From an uncultured Gammaproteobacteria bacterium (GTDB lineage Bacteria > Patescibacteriota > Microgenomatia > UBA8517), in NCBI GenBank assembly GCA_964627195.1, contig CAZVJU010000003.1, forward strand, positions 14,854 to 78,853: 64,000 nucleotides of DNA. The letters are read 5' to 3'. A model generated the notes under the pieces. That model made no database searches and was not told where the DNA came from. It saw only the letters and a list, made by a program, of their open reading frames with translations. The position numbers and the translations under genes were made by a program. Position 1 is the first letter of the stretch. Every line of letters begins with the position of its first letter. Positions 44,445-55,031 of the stretch are shown here, one piece after another.

Positions 44445-45363
44445 ACCTTTGCACACTCCACCAATCGAAATTAGTAAAGACCCAGTCAATAAGTTCTTTT
44501 GTTTCACCAAACCTATCCTCGCTCCCCAAAAGGGCAATCATAACCTCCCTTTCGTCTCGTTCTATGTAGGTAACCAAATTTTCATGTGAGTCCGGAGTCC
44601 AGCCTGTTTTTACCCCTATTACGCCATCAACCTCTCCCAGCAATTCGTTAATATTATAAAGTCTATGTGATATCTTCCCATCATAGCTATAAACTATCTT
44701 TTCTTTTGTACCCACCATCTCCCGAAAAATAGGATTTTGCATGGCGACACTTGATACGCGCACGAGATCACGAGCGCTGGTTACCTGTCCTTTACCGTCA
44801 AGTCCCGATGGATTATAAAAAGATGAATGATCCAAATGCAACTCCTCGGCTTTCAGATTCATAGCAGTGATAAAGGAAGCACGTCCACCGGGATAGTTTT
44901 TGGCCAAAACCTCCGCGGCGTCGTTGGCGGAAAAAACTAAAAGGCCGTACAGTAGATCCCCAACTTTTATTTTCTCGCCAACTACAAGTTTCATCTTTTG
45001 GCCTTCTACTTGTATCTCTGCACCTGCTGTTACTAACTCATCCGGGTGATAATAATCCATTGCAACCAAAGCGGTGACAATTTTTGTCGTTGATGCAGGC
45101 AGAAGTCTGTCATCGGGATTCTTTTCGTAAAGCGTAACTTCAGAAGGAAGATCAACTACTAAGATTGACTGGGCAGAAAGATTTGGAGCATCAAACTCAT
45201 TTACTAAAACAGGGATCGGAGAGAGACTTGTATCCTGATTTTCTCCGAGAACTTCAGTTTTTAATTCTTCATTCTTGGGAATGTAAAGAGGAATTCTTGT
45301 TATTGCTAAAGTCGAAGTTGCTATAAAAAAAAATGAGATCATCGCTAAAAGCAAAAGTTTCAT
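44431..45363 (-). CDS. D-alanyl-D-alanine carboxypeptidase (S11, PBP5-like)
   Basis: Signal peptide. SxxK (ASTTK) and SxN (FSAND) motifs are present. Confidence 0.75.
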   Translation of the reverse strand: MKLLLLAMISFFFIATSTLAITRIPLYIPKNEELKTEVLGENQDTSLSPIPVLVNEFDAPNLSAQSILVVDLPSEVTLYEKNPDDRLLPASTTKIVTALVAMDYYHPDELVTAGAEIQVEGQKMKLVVGEKIKVGDLLYGLLVFSANDAAEVLAKNYPGGRASFITAMNLKAEELHLDHSSFYNPSGLDGKGQVTSARDLVRVSSVAMQNPIFREMVGTKEKIVYSYDGKISHRLYNINELLGEVDGVIGVKTGWTPDSHENLVTYIERDEREVMIALLGSEDRFGETKELIDWVFTNFDWWSVQRSIAQ

Positions 45364-45408
45364 GTTCTTACTCTAAAATGAAGATGAACATTTTGCAAGA
45401 CTCCAGTA

Positions 45409-46755
45409 TTACTTTTTCTTTTCCTGAGGTTTCTGTAAAGTTGACAAACGGATGTCTACTCTTTCCATATCACGAGGAAAGAGACTCGCCTCGCGGATAT
45501 TTCCTAATCCAAGTATATGCATAGTAATTCTTTCCGATCCAAATGAAAAACCACCTTCGGGGGGCATACCGAACCTAAACGCTTGCAAATAAAGTTCTAG
45601 TTTTTTCGGATCAACATTTCTTTCCTTTGCCATTTTCAATAACGTATCATAATCGTTTATTCTTCTGCCACCCGTCATCCATTCGGTTCCTCTTCCCAAT
45701 AAATCAAAACTCATCGTATATTCTGGGTCTTCAGGATCTTGGAATGTATAAAAAGGCCTTTTCTTAGTTGGATAATGAGAGATGAAAATAAGGTCACTCC
45801 CCTTCTCCTCTAAAGACCACCTACAAATTTCTTTCTCATCTTCTGGCTCCAAGTCGGGTTCCTTGCGATTGTCTCGACCAGTGCGTCTAAAAATTATTTC
45901 TTGTGCTTCCCTTAACTTAATCATTGGAATATCATCGGTAAACTTGGGAGTTGTGGCACCAAACTTTTCTAAAATTTCTCCACACTTTTTTTCAACTTCT
46001 TTAAGCATAAATTTTATTGTGTATTCGGCCATTTCCTTAACATCAAAATAGCTATCGATAAACCCAAATTCTGCATCAAGGGTTGTTACCTCAGTTAAGT
46101 GTCGTGTTGTTACAGAGGGTTCTGCTCTTAGAGTTTTGTTAACCGAAAATACCCTCTCGTACGCACCAACCAAAATTTGTTTATAGAGCTGTGGACTTTG
46201 TGATAAATATACTTCATGGTTGAAATAGGGAACTTTAAAAACCTCAGCTCCCCCTTCAACAACCTCGGGAATAAAAACTGGCGCCTGGAATTCAAAGAAT
46301 TCTCTCTCTTTAAGTGCTCGCCTAAAGGCGTCAATAACAACTTCCTGAACTTTAAAGATAGCGTTTATTTTTGAATTTCTTAAAGTAAGTGGGCGGTAAT
46401 CAAGAAGTGTAGGTAAAGAAACATCCAAGTCTTCCTTTCCCATATCTATAGGTAGTTCATGTGCAGATGACAACAAATTTACCCTTTCCGCCTTAATTTC
46501 GACTTTACCTGTTGAGATACTGGGGTTGATCAAATTTTCAGGTCTCTTTTTGACTTCACCTTCTATTTCAATAACGTACTCTATTCCCAATGAAGAATAA
46601 TCACTTCCCATTCCGACGACTTGAATAATTCCTGTTCGGTCACGCAAATCAATGAAAGTAATTTTTCCGTGGTCGCGTTTTGTATTTACCCACCCAGCGA
46701 GTTTTACCTTTTCTCCAATTTTAGTGAGTGTATCTTTTACTAATGTTCTCTCCAT
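45409..46755 (-). CDS. aspS: Class IIb aminoacyl-tRNA synthetase, most consistent with archaeal/eukaryal-type aspartyl-tRNA synthetase (AsnRS not excluded)
   Basis: N-terminal OB anticodon-binding domain (KLAGWVNTKRDHGKITFIDLRD), LSQSPQLYKQ, motif 2 RAEPSVTTRHLTEVTTLDAE and motif 3 GMPPEGGFSFGSERI...FPRD are present. Confidence 0.6.
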   Translation of the reverse strand: MERTLVKDTLTKIGEKVKLAGWVNTKRDHGKITFIDLRDRTGIIQVVGMGSDYSSLGIEYVIEIEGEVKKRPENLINPSISTGKVEIKAERVNLLSSAHELPIDMGKEDLDVSLPTLLDYRPLTLRNSKINAIFKVQEVVIDAFRRALKEREFFEFQAPVFIPEVVEGGAEVFKVPYFNHEVYLSQSPQLYKQILVGAYERVFSVNKTLRAEPSVTTRHLTEVTTLDAEFGFIDSYFDVKEMAEYTIKFMLKEVEKKCGEILEKFGATTPKFTDDIPMIKLREAQEIIFRRTGRDNRKEPDLEPEDEKEICRWSLEEKGSDLIFISHYPTKKRPFYTFQDPEDPEYTMSFDLLGRGTEWMTGGRRINDYDTLLKMAKERNVDPKKLELYLQAFRFGMPPEGGFSFGSERITMHILGLGNIREASLFPRDMERVDIRLSTLQKPQEKKK

Positions 46756-46798
46756 ACCCCTATTTTACTATAGCTTCAGGAAAACCGTAAACCCCCGT

Positions 46799-48316
46799 TT
46801 ACTGATGAATTAAGCTGGAGTTAACTTTTCTCAAATATTTGTTAATTTCTTGGCGAGCTTGGGTAGTTACGACAAACTCTAGCCAATGTTTATTTGGTAA
46901 TTTCGGATTCTTAGACTTTATTATCTCAACAACCCGACCGTTTGTTAATTTGTAACTCAAAGGAACAATTTTTTCATCAACCTTGGCCGCTTTTACATAC
47001 TCGCCCAGATCAGTATGAACGGCATAAGCATAGTCAATAGGTGTGGAATTTACCGGCAGATCATAAACATCCCCCTTAGGAGAAAAAACAAAAATTCTTT
47101 CAGAGAGAGCGTCAAATTTAACTGCCCTAAGGAATTCTTTGGAATCAGCAATTTCTTTTTGCCACTGAGCCAACTCCCTTACCCAAGAAAATTTATCAGA
47201 GCCCTGCGCCCACTTTCCCTCATCAATATCCTTAGAGTTCAATTTACCTGCAGATTTGAGAGAGGAAAGGCGCCAATGGGCGGCGGCTCCGTATTCAGCT
47301 TCTTCATGCATGGCAAAAGTTCTTATCTGAATTTCCACTATATTTCCACCGGGACCAAAAACTTTAGTGTGAATAGAGCGATAACCGTTGGGCTTGGGAA
47401 TAGCTATAAAGTCATTAACGGCAATCTGGGGGACAGGTTTGTAAAATTTATGGGCAACACCTAAAGCAATATAACACTCCGAAGCCTCTTGCACTAAAAT
47501 TCTCAAAGCAACTACATCGTTTATCTTTTTAAAATCCCAACTGATCTCTGACCTTTGCAGTTTTTTCCATAAGGAGTACAAACTTTTTTTCCTTCCGTAA
47601 ACTTGGGCGGTCACACCTTCTTTATTTAATGCCTTAAGAAGAACTTTCTTCATCAGAATAATTTTTCTCTCGGCATTTTTGTAGTAAGGCGATGAAAGAT
47701 CAACCACCTTTTCGTAATCTTTTATATAGGCATACTGAAAGGCCATATTCTCAATTTGATCCTTAGCCTCCGCCATACCTAATCTTTCAGCAAGCGGTGC
47801 ATAAATCTCCAAACTGTTCCTGGCATAGTCAACTTTTCTTTCTTCGGGTAAGTACTCCAGTGTTTTTAAATTATCTAGTCTTTCTGCCAAACGCAAGAAA
47901 ACAATTCTCAGGTCTTTCGCAATCGCCAAAAACATCTTGCGCAAATTTTCCACAAACAACTCTTCACTACTTCCTTTAAGTTTTATTTTCGACACTTTAG
48001 TTACTCCTTCCACCAAAGCCAGAATTTCCTCACCGAAGCCTTGAAGAACATCTTTGGCAGTAGCCGCACCGTGCTCAATTGTGTCATGCAATATCCCGGC
48101 GGTTATCGTCGCAAGATCCATCCTCCACGAAGCTAATATTAATGCGGTTTCCAGAGGATGCCAAATAACTTCTTCCCCGGAATATCTTTTCTCTCCTGCG
48201 TGGGCCAATTTCGCAAACTCAAAGGCACGCCGAAGAGTTGTAAAATCACCAGTGGCATTATAGTCACGAATTATGCTTAGTAAATCTTTAAATCTCTTTT
48301 CTAATCTTTTTTCCAT
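46799..48316 (-). CDS. rel: Bifunctional (p)ppGpp synthetase/hydrolase (RelA/SpoT homolog; HD + synthetase + TGS, no ACT)
   Basis: HD block HPLETALILA...GILHDTIEH. Synthetase block RSIHTKVFGPGGNIVEIQIRTFAMH...AAHW. TGS block VFSPKGDVYDLP. Confidence 0.9.
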   Translation of the reverse strand: MEKRLEKRFKDLLSIIRDYNATGDFTTLRRAFEFAKLAHAGEKRYSGEEVIWHPLETALILASWRMDLATITAGILHDTIEHGAATAKDVLQGFGEEILALVEGVTKVSKIKLKGSSEELFVENLRKMFLAIAKDLRIVFLRLAERLDNLKTLEYLPEERKVDYARNSLEIYAPLAERLGMAEAKDQIENMAFQYAYIKDYEKVVDLSSPYYKNAERKIILMKKVLLKALNKEGVTAQVYGRKKSLYSLWKKLQRSEISWDFKKINDVVALRILVQEASECYIALGVAHKFYKPVPQIAVNDFIAIPKPNGYRSIHTKVFGPGGNIVEIQIRTFAMHEEAEYGAAAHWRLSSLKSAGKLNSKDIDEGKWAQGSDKFSWVRELAQWQKEIADSKEFLRAVKFDALSERIFVFSPKGDVYDLPVNSTPIDYAYAVHTDLGEYVKAAKVDEKIVPLSYKLTNGRVVEIIKSKNPKLPNKHWLEFVVTTQARQEINKYLRKVNSSLIHQ

Positions 48317-48379
48317 AAATTTTTTTTACACAAGTACAAATATGCTGTGTATGTTGGATTGACACATCCTAAAAATAAT

Positions 48380-50089
48380 TTAGTTGCTAACCTTAATATC
48401 CTTAATTTTCAGTTGTATGTTTGTAGACCCGTTCCAAATATTTTCTTCGACAGTAAAGGCAATATCGTAAAACCCTTCCTGCAAAATATTGGAAAAGAAA
48501 TTGCCCCAGCCGAAACCGATCGCCTGAAAAATGTGACCATCTTTTTCTATTACAATTTTTAGATGTTTCCCTTCTTGCCCAACAGTTCTTGCATCGACTA
48601 GTCGAACTCTTCGAGTCGCAAAGGTAGGTGTCGGATTACCGATGCCACTTGGGTCAAATTCTTTGAGTTTGGCAACTAAACTTTCATCAATTAAAGCAAA
48701 AGAAAGCTCGCAATCAATCTTTAATTTTTTAGTTAATAAATCATCTGTCAAAAGTTTCTCCGCAATTTTTTCAAATTTCTCCTGAAAGATCTTAATTTTT
48801 TTCGTTTCAATACTAAACCCTGCAGCCATAGGATGACCCCCGCCACCCAAAATAATACTATCCAGCTTTCTTATCGACTCGATAATATTAAATCCGGAAA
48901 TTGACCGGGCTGAAGCCTTGGAAATTTTCTCGCCGCGCGCGAAAACTATTGCTGGCCGGTAAAACTCTTCAACCAATTTAGCAGCCGCAAGACCTATAAC
49001 TCCCTCGTGGTAGCTTTCATGCGCCAAAACGATTGCTCCTTTCCAAATACTTTTTTGTGCAATATCTCTAGCATGGAAAACCACTTCGTCCACAACTCTT
49101 TGCCGTTCACGATTAGTCTTTCCTATATATTTGGCGAGTTCCCGAGCCTTCTCATAGCTTTTTGTACACAAAAGCCTAAGTGAATCAATTGCATGTTCCA
49201 ATCTTCCCATTGCATTTATTCTGGGAGCAATGACAAAATTAACTTCGTAGGTTCCTATCCCTCTACCATGTAAGACCGTGTCTTTAAAGGTATCTAAACC
49301 AGCCTCTGCAAAAAGCGCTAATAATCCTACTCTTTTTGTTCTGTTTAATTCTTCCAATCCATACTTTGCAAAAGAGCGGTTTACCTCAACGAGCGGAAGT
49401 TGGTCGGCAATTGTTCCGATCCCTGCCAGTTGCAAAGAATTTTGTAGCTGGAAGCTGGCAGCCGGTAGCTTGGACAAAATTTCTCTTGCTAATATCCAGG
49501 CAATACCTGAGCCGCTTATTTTATCTGTATGAATAATCGAATGTGCCTTAGGAAGTTTCTTCCCTTTCTGATGATGATCGGTAACTATAACATCAATACC
49601 CAGATCACTAGCTTTAACAACAGCTTCGTTTGCAACAATTCCGTTATCAACAGTTATTATTAACTTTAGTTTTGGATATTTGGTCTTTAGCTTATTAACA
49701 GATTCGCCATTCAGCCCATAACCTTCGGAGAATCTATCCGGTATATAAGGTAGTACTTTTTTGGTATAGGAGTACAAACATTCCCACAATATTGCAGTTG
49801 CGCAAATCCCATCAGCATCATAATCACCGTAAACTAGTATTTCCTCTTTGTCTTTAATTGCCTTTTGGATTCTTCTTAGCGCTTGTGATATTTCTTTGGC
49901 GCTTATACCTAAACTGTTAATGGTAATCTTTTTGGGATGCACTGATTTAAAAAAGTCCTTTCTTTGTGTGGCAGTCGTCAACCCCCGATTGTCCAAAAGA
50001 ATGGCAATGATATCTTTATTTTTAAGCTCTTTACCTTTTTTACTATCGGGTTTATATACTATTTCCCAAATTACATCTTTATTTTTCAT
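48380..50089 (-). CDS. recJ: Single-stranded-DNA-specific exonuclease RecJ
   Basis: DHH family motifs are present: GDYDADGICATAIL, TVDNG and DVIVTDHHQ. Confidence 0.9.
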   Translation of the reverse strand: MKNKDVIWEIVYKPDSKKGKELKNKDIIAILLDNRGLTTATQRKDFFKSVHPKKITINSLGISAKEISQALRRIQKAIKDKEEILVYGDYDADGICATAILWECLYSYTKKVLPYIPDRFSEGYGLNGESVNKLKTKYPKLKLIITVDNGIVANEAVVKASDLGIDVIVTDHHQKGKKLPKAHSIIHTDKISGSGIAWILAREILSKLPAASFQLQNSLQLAGIGTIADQLPLVEVNRSFAKYGLEELNRTKRVGLLALFAEAGLDTFKDTVLHGRGIGTYEVNFVIAPRINAMGRLEHAIDSLRLLCTKSYEKARELAKYIGKTNRERQRVVDEVVFHARDIAQKSIWKGAIVLAHESYHEGVIGLAAAKLVEEFYRPAIVFARGEKISKASARSISGFNIIESIRKLDSIILGGGGHPMAAGFSIETKKIKIFQEKFEKIAEKLLTDDLLTKKLKIDCELSFALIDESLVAKLKEFDPSGIGNPTPTFATRRVRLVDARTVGQEGKHLKIVIEKDGHIFQAIGFGWGNFFSNILQEGFYDIAFTVEENIWNGSTNIQLKIKDIKVSN

Positions 50090-50139
50090 ACGAAGTTACG
50101 AACTAACCAAATAACTAATATCTGAAGTATAATAGTATC

Positions 50140-51561
50140 ATGCCGAAAGTAGAAATACCCTCAAAAGTTAAAGAAATTATAGAAACATTTGACAAAGCCG
50201 GCTACGAAATTTATCTGGTCGGAGGTGCAGTGCGCGATATCTTCATGGGGAAATTAGTTTACGACTGGGACTTCACAACTGATGCTACACCAGAACAAAT
50301 ACTTAAGCTTTTTGATAACGCATACTACACTAACGACTTCGGAATGGTCGGAATACCAAGCGACAAAGAAGATGAGAGGCCGTACGAAATAACAACCTTT
50401 AGAACTGAGTATGGCTATTCTGATGCACGACGGCCCGACAAAGTGCAGTGGGGAAAAACACTGGAAGAAGATCTGAAGCGCAGGGATTTCACGATAAATG
50501 CAATGGCTTTGCAGCTAAAAGCTGCAGAACAAAATACAAAGGACAAAGGACAAAGGAATTCCTCTTTGGGCTTTGTTGTTTGCACTTTGCGCTTAATAGA
50601 TATATTTGATGGTCAATCTGATATTAAAAATAAGCTCATCCGTGCTGTCGGAGACCCCACTGAGCGTTTTTCCGAAGACGCGCTTCGCATGCTTCGCGCA
50701 CTGCGCATCGCTTCCGAGTTAGGTTTTAGAATTGAGGAAAATACTTTCAAAGCAATTCAGGTAAACGCCGCTTCAATCACTAAAATCTCAAAAGAAAGAG
50801 TCAGAGACGAAATTATTAAAATTCTCAAGTCAACACATCCTTATGATGGCATCTTACTTCTCAAAAACTCACTTTTAATGCAGGAGGTCCTACCGGAAAT
50901 GGAAAAAACGTTCGGAGTAGAACAAAAATCACCCGGCAGACATCATATTTATGACGTCGGAACACACAGCCTTTTTTCGTTTAAATACGTCTCGGAAAAA
51001 AATTCGGATCCTATTGTCCGCTTGGCAACTTTAATCCATGACATCGGTAAACCTCAAACTTACAAAAAGCTGGATACCGGAGTAATTACTTTTTATAACC
51101 ACGAAATTATTAGCGCTCAAATCGCAAAACGCATTGCTGACCGGCTGCGTTTTTCCAGTAAAGATAAGGAAAAACTGTACACCTTAGTGAGATATCATCA
51201 ATTCAGTGTCGATGAACGCCAGACTGATTCAGCGCTACGAAGATTTATCCGAAAAGTCGGCTTGGAAAATATCCCTGACATGCTTGATTTGAGAATCGGG
51301 GATAGATTAGGCGGAGGTGCGAGAGAGACTTCCTGGCGACTTGAAGAATTTAAAAAACGCCTAATTGAAGTTCAAAAGCAACCTTTTACTGTCCGCGATT
51401 TGAAAATAGACGGTAATGATGTGATGAAAATTCTGGGAATTGCCCCCGGGCCGGAGGTTGGTGAAGTACTCCAGAAACTATTCGATTACGTAGTTGAAGG
51501 CAAAATTGCCAACGAGAAAGAAATTTTAGTGGAAAGATTAAAGGAACTCAAGAAAGGTTAG
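50140..51561 (+). CDS. cca: CCA-adding tRNA nucleotidyltransferase with HD domain
   Basis: PolyA-pol head domain GGAVRD...DWDFTT and the HD domain HDIGKP are present. Confidence 0.85.
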   Translation: MPKVEIPSKVKEIIETFDKAGYEIYLVGGAVRDIFMGKLVYDWDFTTDATPEQILKLFDNAYYTNDFGMVGIPSDKEDERPYEITTFRTEYGYSDARRPDKVQWGKTLEEDLKRRDFTINAMALQLKAAEQNTKDKGQRNSSLGFVVCTLRLIDIFDGQSDIKNKLIRAVGDPTERFSEDALRMLRALRIASELGFRIEENTFKAIQVNAASITKISKERVRDEIIKILKSTHPYDGILLLKNSLLMQEVLPEMEKTFGVEQKSPGRHHIYDVGTHSLFSFKYVSEKNSDPIVRLATLIHDIGKPQTYKKLDTGVITFYNHEIISAQIAKRIADRLRFSSKDKEKLYTLVRYHQFSVDERQTDSALRRFIRKVGLENIPDMLDLRIGDRLGGGARETSWRLEEFKKRLIEVQKQPFTVRDLKIDGNDVMKILGIAPGPEVGEVLQKLFDYVVEGKIANEKEILVERLKELKKG

Positions 51562-51634
51562 TAAATAACGTTACAATGATTCAAATCATTGTAACAAAAT
51601 AAATCCAAAACTTATCAATAGGGATCGCACACTT

Positions 51635-51931
51635 ATGTTGGAAAAGAGCGCAAAAATAGTAAGGGCTTTTGATGCTGATTTGACCGGGATTATATCCCAA
51701 TTTTTTAAACGTTATGCACCTTTAAAAGAGCTTCCATTCTTTACGTCGCATCTTACTGACTTTACGAAGATAATAGTCTATAGCCTTTTTATTCTTATCC
51801 CTCTCCTTTTCCTGAAAATACTGTTTCCCTACAAAAGACGCTTCACCTATCCTATCTTTTTTGTCCTCGGAGTAATCGGTATTTCTTTAGTAGGAATTTT
51901 CTTAGGCTTCATGCAACTCCTATACGCTTAA
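51635..51931 (+). CDS. Small hypothetical membrane protein
   Basis: 98 aa with 2 TM segments. Confidence 0.3.
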   Translation: MLEKSAKIVRAFDADLTGIISQFFKRYAPLKELPFFTSHLTDFTKIIVYSLFILIPLLFLKILFPYKRRFTYPIFFVLGVIGISLVGIFLGFMQLLYA

Positions 51932-51934
51932 AAA

Positions 51935-52777
51935 CTAAGGTAGGGTTTCGCAGACTTGTCCATCGCCGTCGCGATCGAGTTTGTGAACGTCATTGGCAGT
52001 TCCACCACAGGCCTCAAACGCAGATTGAGCTTCTGCCTGAGTCTTAAAATCCGTGCAGTTATAGGTATTCTTGCCACATTCCCATGTTCCTGCGGACTGT
52101 ATCACTGTAACGACTGGTTTTGTGATATCAGCTTCTCTACTTCCACTTTGTCCGGCATTTTCACTTGAATCATTTGCGCACTTACTCCAAAGGCCGCGAT
52201 TTTTCTCCCGAGCATCTTTTTCTGCTTGTCTAAATAAGTCCGAGTACGCTACATCCGGCGGGTAAGTGGCGGCAGTCGCATATCCCTCGTATACCAAATT
52301 CTCATTAACAAAAATCCCTTGCCTCACCGTAGTATCTTGCGAAGGCGGGTCAACATAAACATACCGCAATAATCTCCCATACCTATCTGTCTCCGAAACG
52401 TCTTTTTCCAGACGAACTTCTTTACCCAAAACGAGCTCCTTATTTCTCGCAGTTGCTTCATCGGCAAAGCATTCTTTTCCTTGTGAAACTTCCGGAGTAT
52501 CAATACCGATATAGCGCAGAGTTTTTCCGCTATCTAAAACAATCGTATCTCCATCGACAACTTTAACCACTTTTACTAAATCTGAATTTTCAACCTGCTC
52601 GCCTATTACTTTCGGAGTAGCTTGAAAATTGCCACTTTGGACAGAGTCCGACACGCCATTCTCCGACAAGTCTTGAACAACAGGCCTTTTAACTTTTGCT
52701 ACCAATACAAAAATAAGAAGTGCATTAAGAAGAATTGAAATAACGCTAATGAGTTTTCTTTTAGTCATCACCCTCAA
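51935..52777 (-). CDS. Thermonuclease (SNase-like) with C-terminal Excalibur Ca-binding domain, membrane-anchored/secreted
   Basis: SNase blocks VVDGDTI, RYIGIDTPE, DRYGRLLRYV and LVYEGYA. The C-terminal DRDGDGQVCE is an Excalibur motif. Confidence 0.75.
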   Translation of the reverse strand: MRVMTKRKLISVISILLNALLIFVLVAKVKRPVVQDLSENGVSDSVQSGNFQATPKVIGEQVENSDLVKVVKVVDGDTIVLDSGKTLRYIGIDTPEVSQGKECFADEATARNKELVLGKEVRLEKDVSETDRYGRLLRYVYVDPPSQDTTVRQGIFVNENLVYEGYATAATYPPDVAYSDLFRQAEKDAREKNRGLWSKCANDSSENAGQSGSREADITKPVVTVIQSAGTWECGKNTYNCTDFKTQAEAQSAFEACGGTANDVHKLDRDGDGQVCETLP

Positions 52778-52818
52778 TTTTAGCCTATGTATGATATATC
52801 AATATATGTAACATTTGA

Positions 52819-53694
52819 CTACTTTTTAAGACGTAACTTCTGAGAAACCTCATCCCAGATTACAAGAAGCGGGACAGCGACAAATGGTGAGGAATAAGTT
52901 CCCAGTACTGTCCCTATAAAAAGGGCGATAGCAAACCATTTTACAGTTGACCCCCCAAGAAGAATAAGTGCAAAGAGCATAAAGATTATGGTGAAAGAGT
53001 TATTCAAAGAACGAACCATTGTTTGGCTAACTGCTTTATTGGCCAGATCAACTAAGTTGCCTCCAACTTTTTTCTGAGATTCTCTGATCCGGTCATAAAC
53101 AACGATTGTATCGTGAACGGAAAACGACAGAGTAGTTAAAACCGCCGTAACAAAAAGAAAATCAACCTCGGCTGAAAAAAAATGACCGAAAAGGGCAAAC
53201 AAACCGATTAAGTTGAATGTATCATGAAACATCGCGAGAATAGCCGACGTACCAAACATAAAACTTTTAAATTGATAAGCAACCCAGAAAAGTAAAAGTC
53301 CCGCAGCAATACCTATGGCAATGAAAGTCTTTTTAATTAACTCCGGTCCGATGGATGGACCAACCGTTTCAAAACGCAACTCTTCAAAGCTCTTGCCTGT
53401 CTTATCCAACGCAGATTTAAATTTATCTTTTTCCTCAGTGTTTAAAGGGGACAAACGAAAAACGTATTGATTTTCCCCTGTTATTTGAATAGAGGAAACT
53501 TCAATACCTTCGCCCTCGACATTTTTTGAAACTTCTTCTGTAGAAATAGCTTCCTGGAATTTATATTCCGCTATCGTTCCTCCTTTAAAATCTACTCCGA
53601 GATTAAATCCCCACGCAAGTAAACTGTAAAGTCCGACGGCAATCAGTATGCCTGAAATTACAAAATAAATTTTTTTATACTTCATCCAGTCCAT
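52819..53694 (-). CDS. secF: Protein translocase subunit SecF
   Basis: Six-TM SecF pattern adjacent to secD. Confidence 0.85.
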   Translation of the reverse strand: MDWMKYKKIYFVISGILIAVGLYSLLAWGFNLGVDFKGGTIAEYKFQEAISTEEVSKNVEGEGIEVSSIQITGENQYVFRLSPLNTEEKDKFKSALDKTGKSFEELRFETVGPSIGPELIKKTFIAIGIAAGLLLFWVAYQFKSFMFGTSAILAMFHDTFNLIGLFALFGHFFSAEVDFLFVTAVLTTLSFSVHDTIVVYDRIRESQKKVGGNLVDLANKAVSQTMVRSLNNSFTIIFMLFALILLGGSTVKWFAIALFIGTVLGTYSSPFVAVPLLVIWDEVSQKLRLKK

Positions 53695-53700
53695 AAGTTG

Positions 53701-55026
53701 CTATCGCTCCTTAATAAATACCCTTAACAAATTTCTCGAAACAACAATGCCTGTAAACAAACTGATTGCAATTCCGAGAGATAAGGTAATTGCAAACCCT
53801 CTTACAGGACCCGACGTGTGGAGATATGACAAATCCAAGGGGTTTGCCAGGATAAAAGCGGTAACCAGGGTTGCGATATTTGCATCTCTTATCGACTCCC
53901 AAGCTCTCCCAAACGAAACTTCCAAAGCATTAGCGTAAGTCCTTTTAATCCTTTCCTCTTTAAATCTTTCAAAAATTAAAATGTTCGAGTCCACTGCCAT
54001 ACCAACTGATAAAAGAAATCCAGCTATGCCAGGCAAGGTAAGGACAACAGGAATAAGTTTATAAAGAGCCAGAGTCAAAAGCCCGAAGATGATAAGTGCA
54101 ATGTCAGCTACAACTCCCAACTTTCCGTAGGCCAGTATCATGAAAAGTAGCACCATAAAAAGGCCAACCAATCCTGCTCGTATGCTTTTGATAACAGATT
54201 CGGAACCTAGGGTTGCCCCGACTGTGCGCTGTTCGACTAAATTAACTGTAACCGGAAGTGCACCAGCGTTCAGCTGAATTGCCAGATTTCTGGCCGCATC
54301 TAGAGTAAAATCACCGGATATTATTGCTGAGCCACCGGTAATTTTTTCTTGGACAATCGGCGAGGAAACCGGAACAGTGTCAAGAAAAATGTGAACCGGT
54401 TTTCCAACATTCCTCTCTGTAATGTCTGCAAACTTTTGTGCACCGGCGGCGTTAAATTCTAAAGATACCACCGGTTTTCCGGTATTTGTATCAAAAGTAA
54501 CTGCTGCCTTTTTCAAGTCCGCTCCTGTAAGATCAGTCGGTTTGTAAAATGTCGGATCTTCTTCTGTACCGGGTTCAGCAAACATCAGTTGAGCAGTTTG
54601 ACCAATGATTTCGATTGATTGCCGGGTATCTTTTACTCCAGGAAGTTCAACAATTACCCTATCTTTACCTTCAAAAGAAGAAATCTGAACATTGGGTTCA
54701 GAAACTCCGAAAAGATTGACTCTTCGCTCGATAACATTTCGTAGACTCTCCAGGGCTGTCTTTCTGTCAGTTGCCGATAGTCCGCTAGTTTGCGCTTCAA
54801 AAACAAGGTGGCTTCCACCTGCTAAATCAAGCCCAAGAACCAAATCGAAATTTTTACGGAGAGAAATTTTCCCTAAGTCAAAGTTTAAACCCGGCCGTAC
54901 GATATTCTTTTCTAAATTTATCGGTCCCCTTTGGAAATTTACTGAAATTTCAGGAGGCAAACTGATATATCCAGCTACCAAGGTTAATACAAAAATAAAT
55001 ATGACTTTGCGAAGTGGGGTAAACAT
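53701..55026 (-). CDS. secD: Protein translocase subunit SecD
   Basis: GLDLAGGSHLVFEA and the C-terminal multi-TM SecD/SecF fold are present. Confidence 0.9.
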   Translation of the reverse strand: MFTPLRKVIFIFVLTLVAGYISLPPEISVNFQRGPINLEKNIVRPGLNFDLGKISLRKNFDLVLGLDLAGGSHLVFEAQTSGLSATDRKTALESLRNVIERRVNLFGVSEPNVQISSFEGKDRVIVELPGVKDTRQSIEIIGQTAQLMFAEPGTEEDPTFYKPTDLTGADLKKAAVTFDTNTGKPVVSLEFNAAGAQKFADITERNVGKPVHIFLDTVPVSSPIVQEKITGGSAIISGDFTLDAARNLAIQLNAGALPVTVNLVEQRTVGATLGSESVIKSIRAGLVGLFMVLLFMILAYGKLGVVADIALIIFGLLTLALYKLIPVVLTLPGIAGFLLSVGMAVDSNILIFERFKEERIKRTYANALEVSFGRAWESIRDANIATLVTAFILANPLDLSYLHTSGPVRGFAITLSLGIAISLFTGIVVSRNLLRVFIKER

Positions 55027-55031
55027 TATTA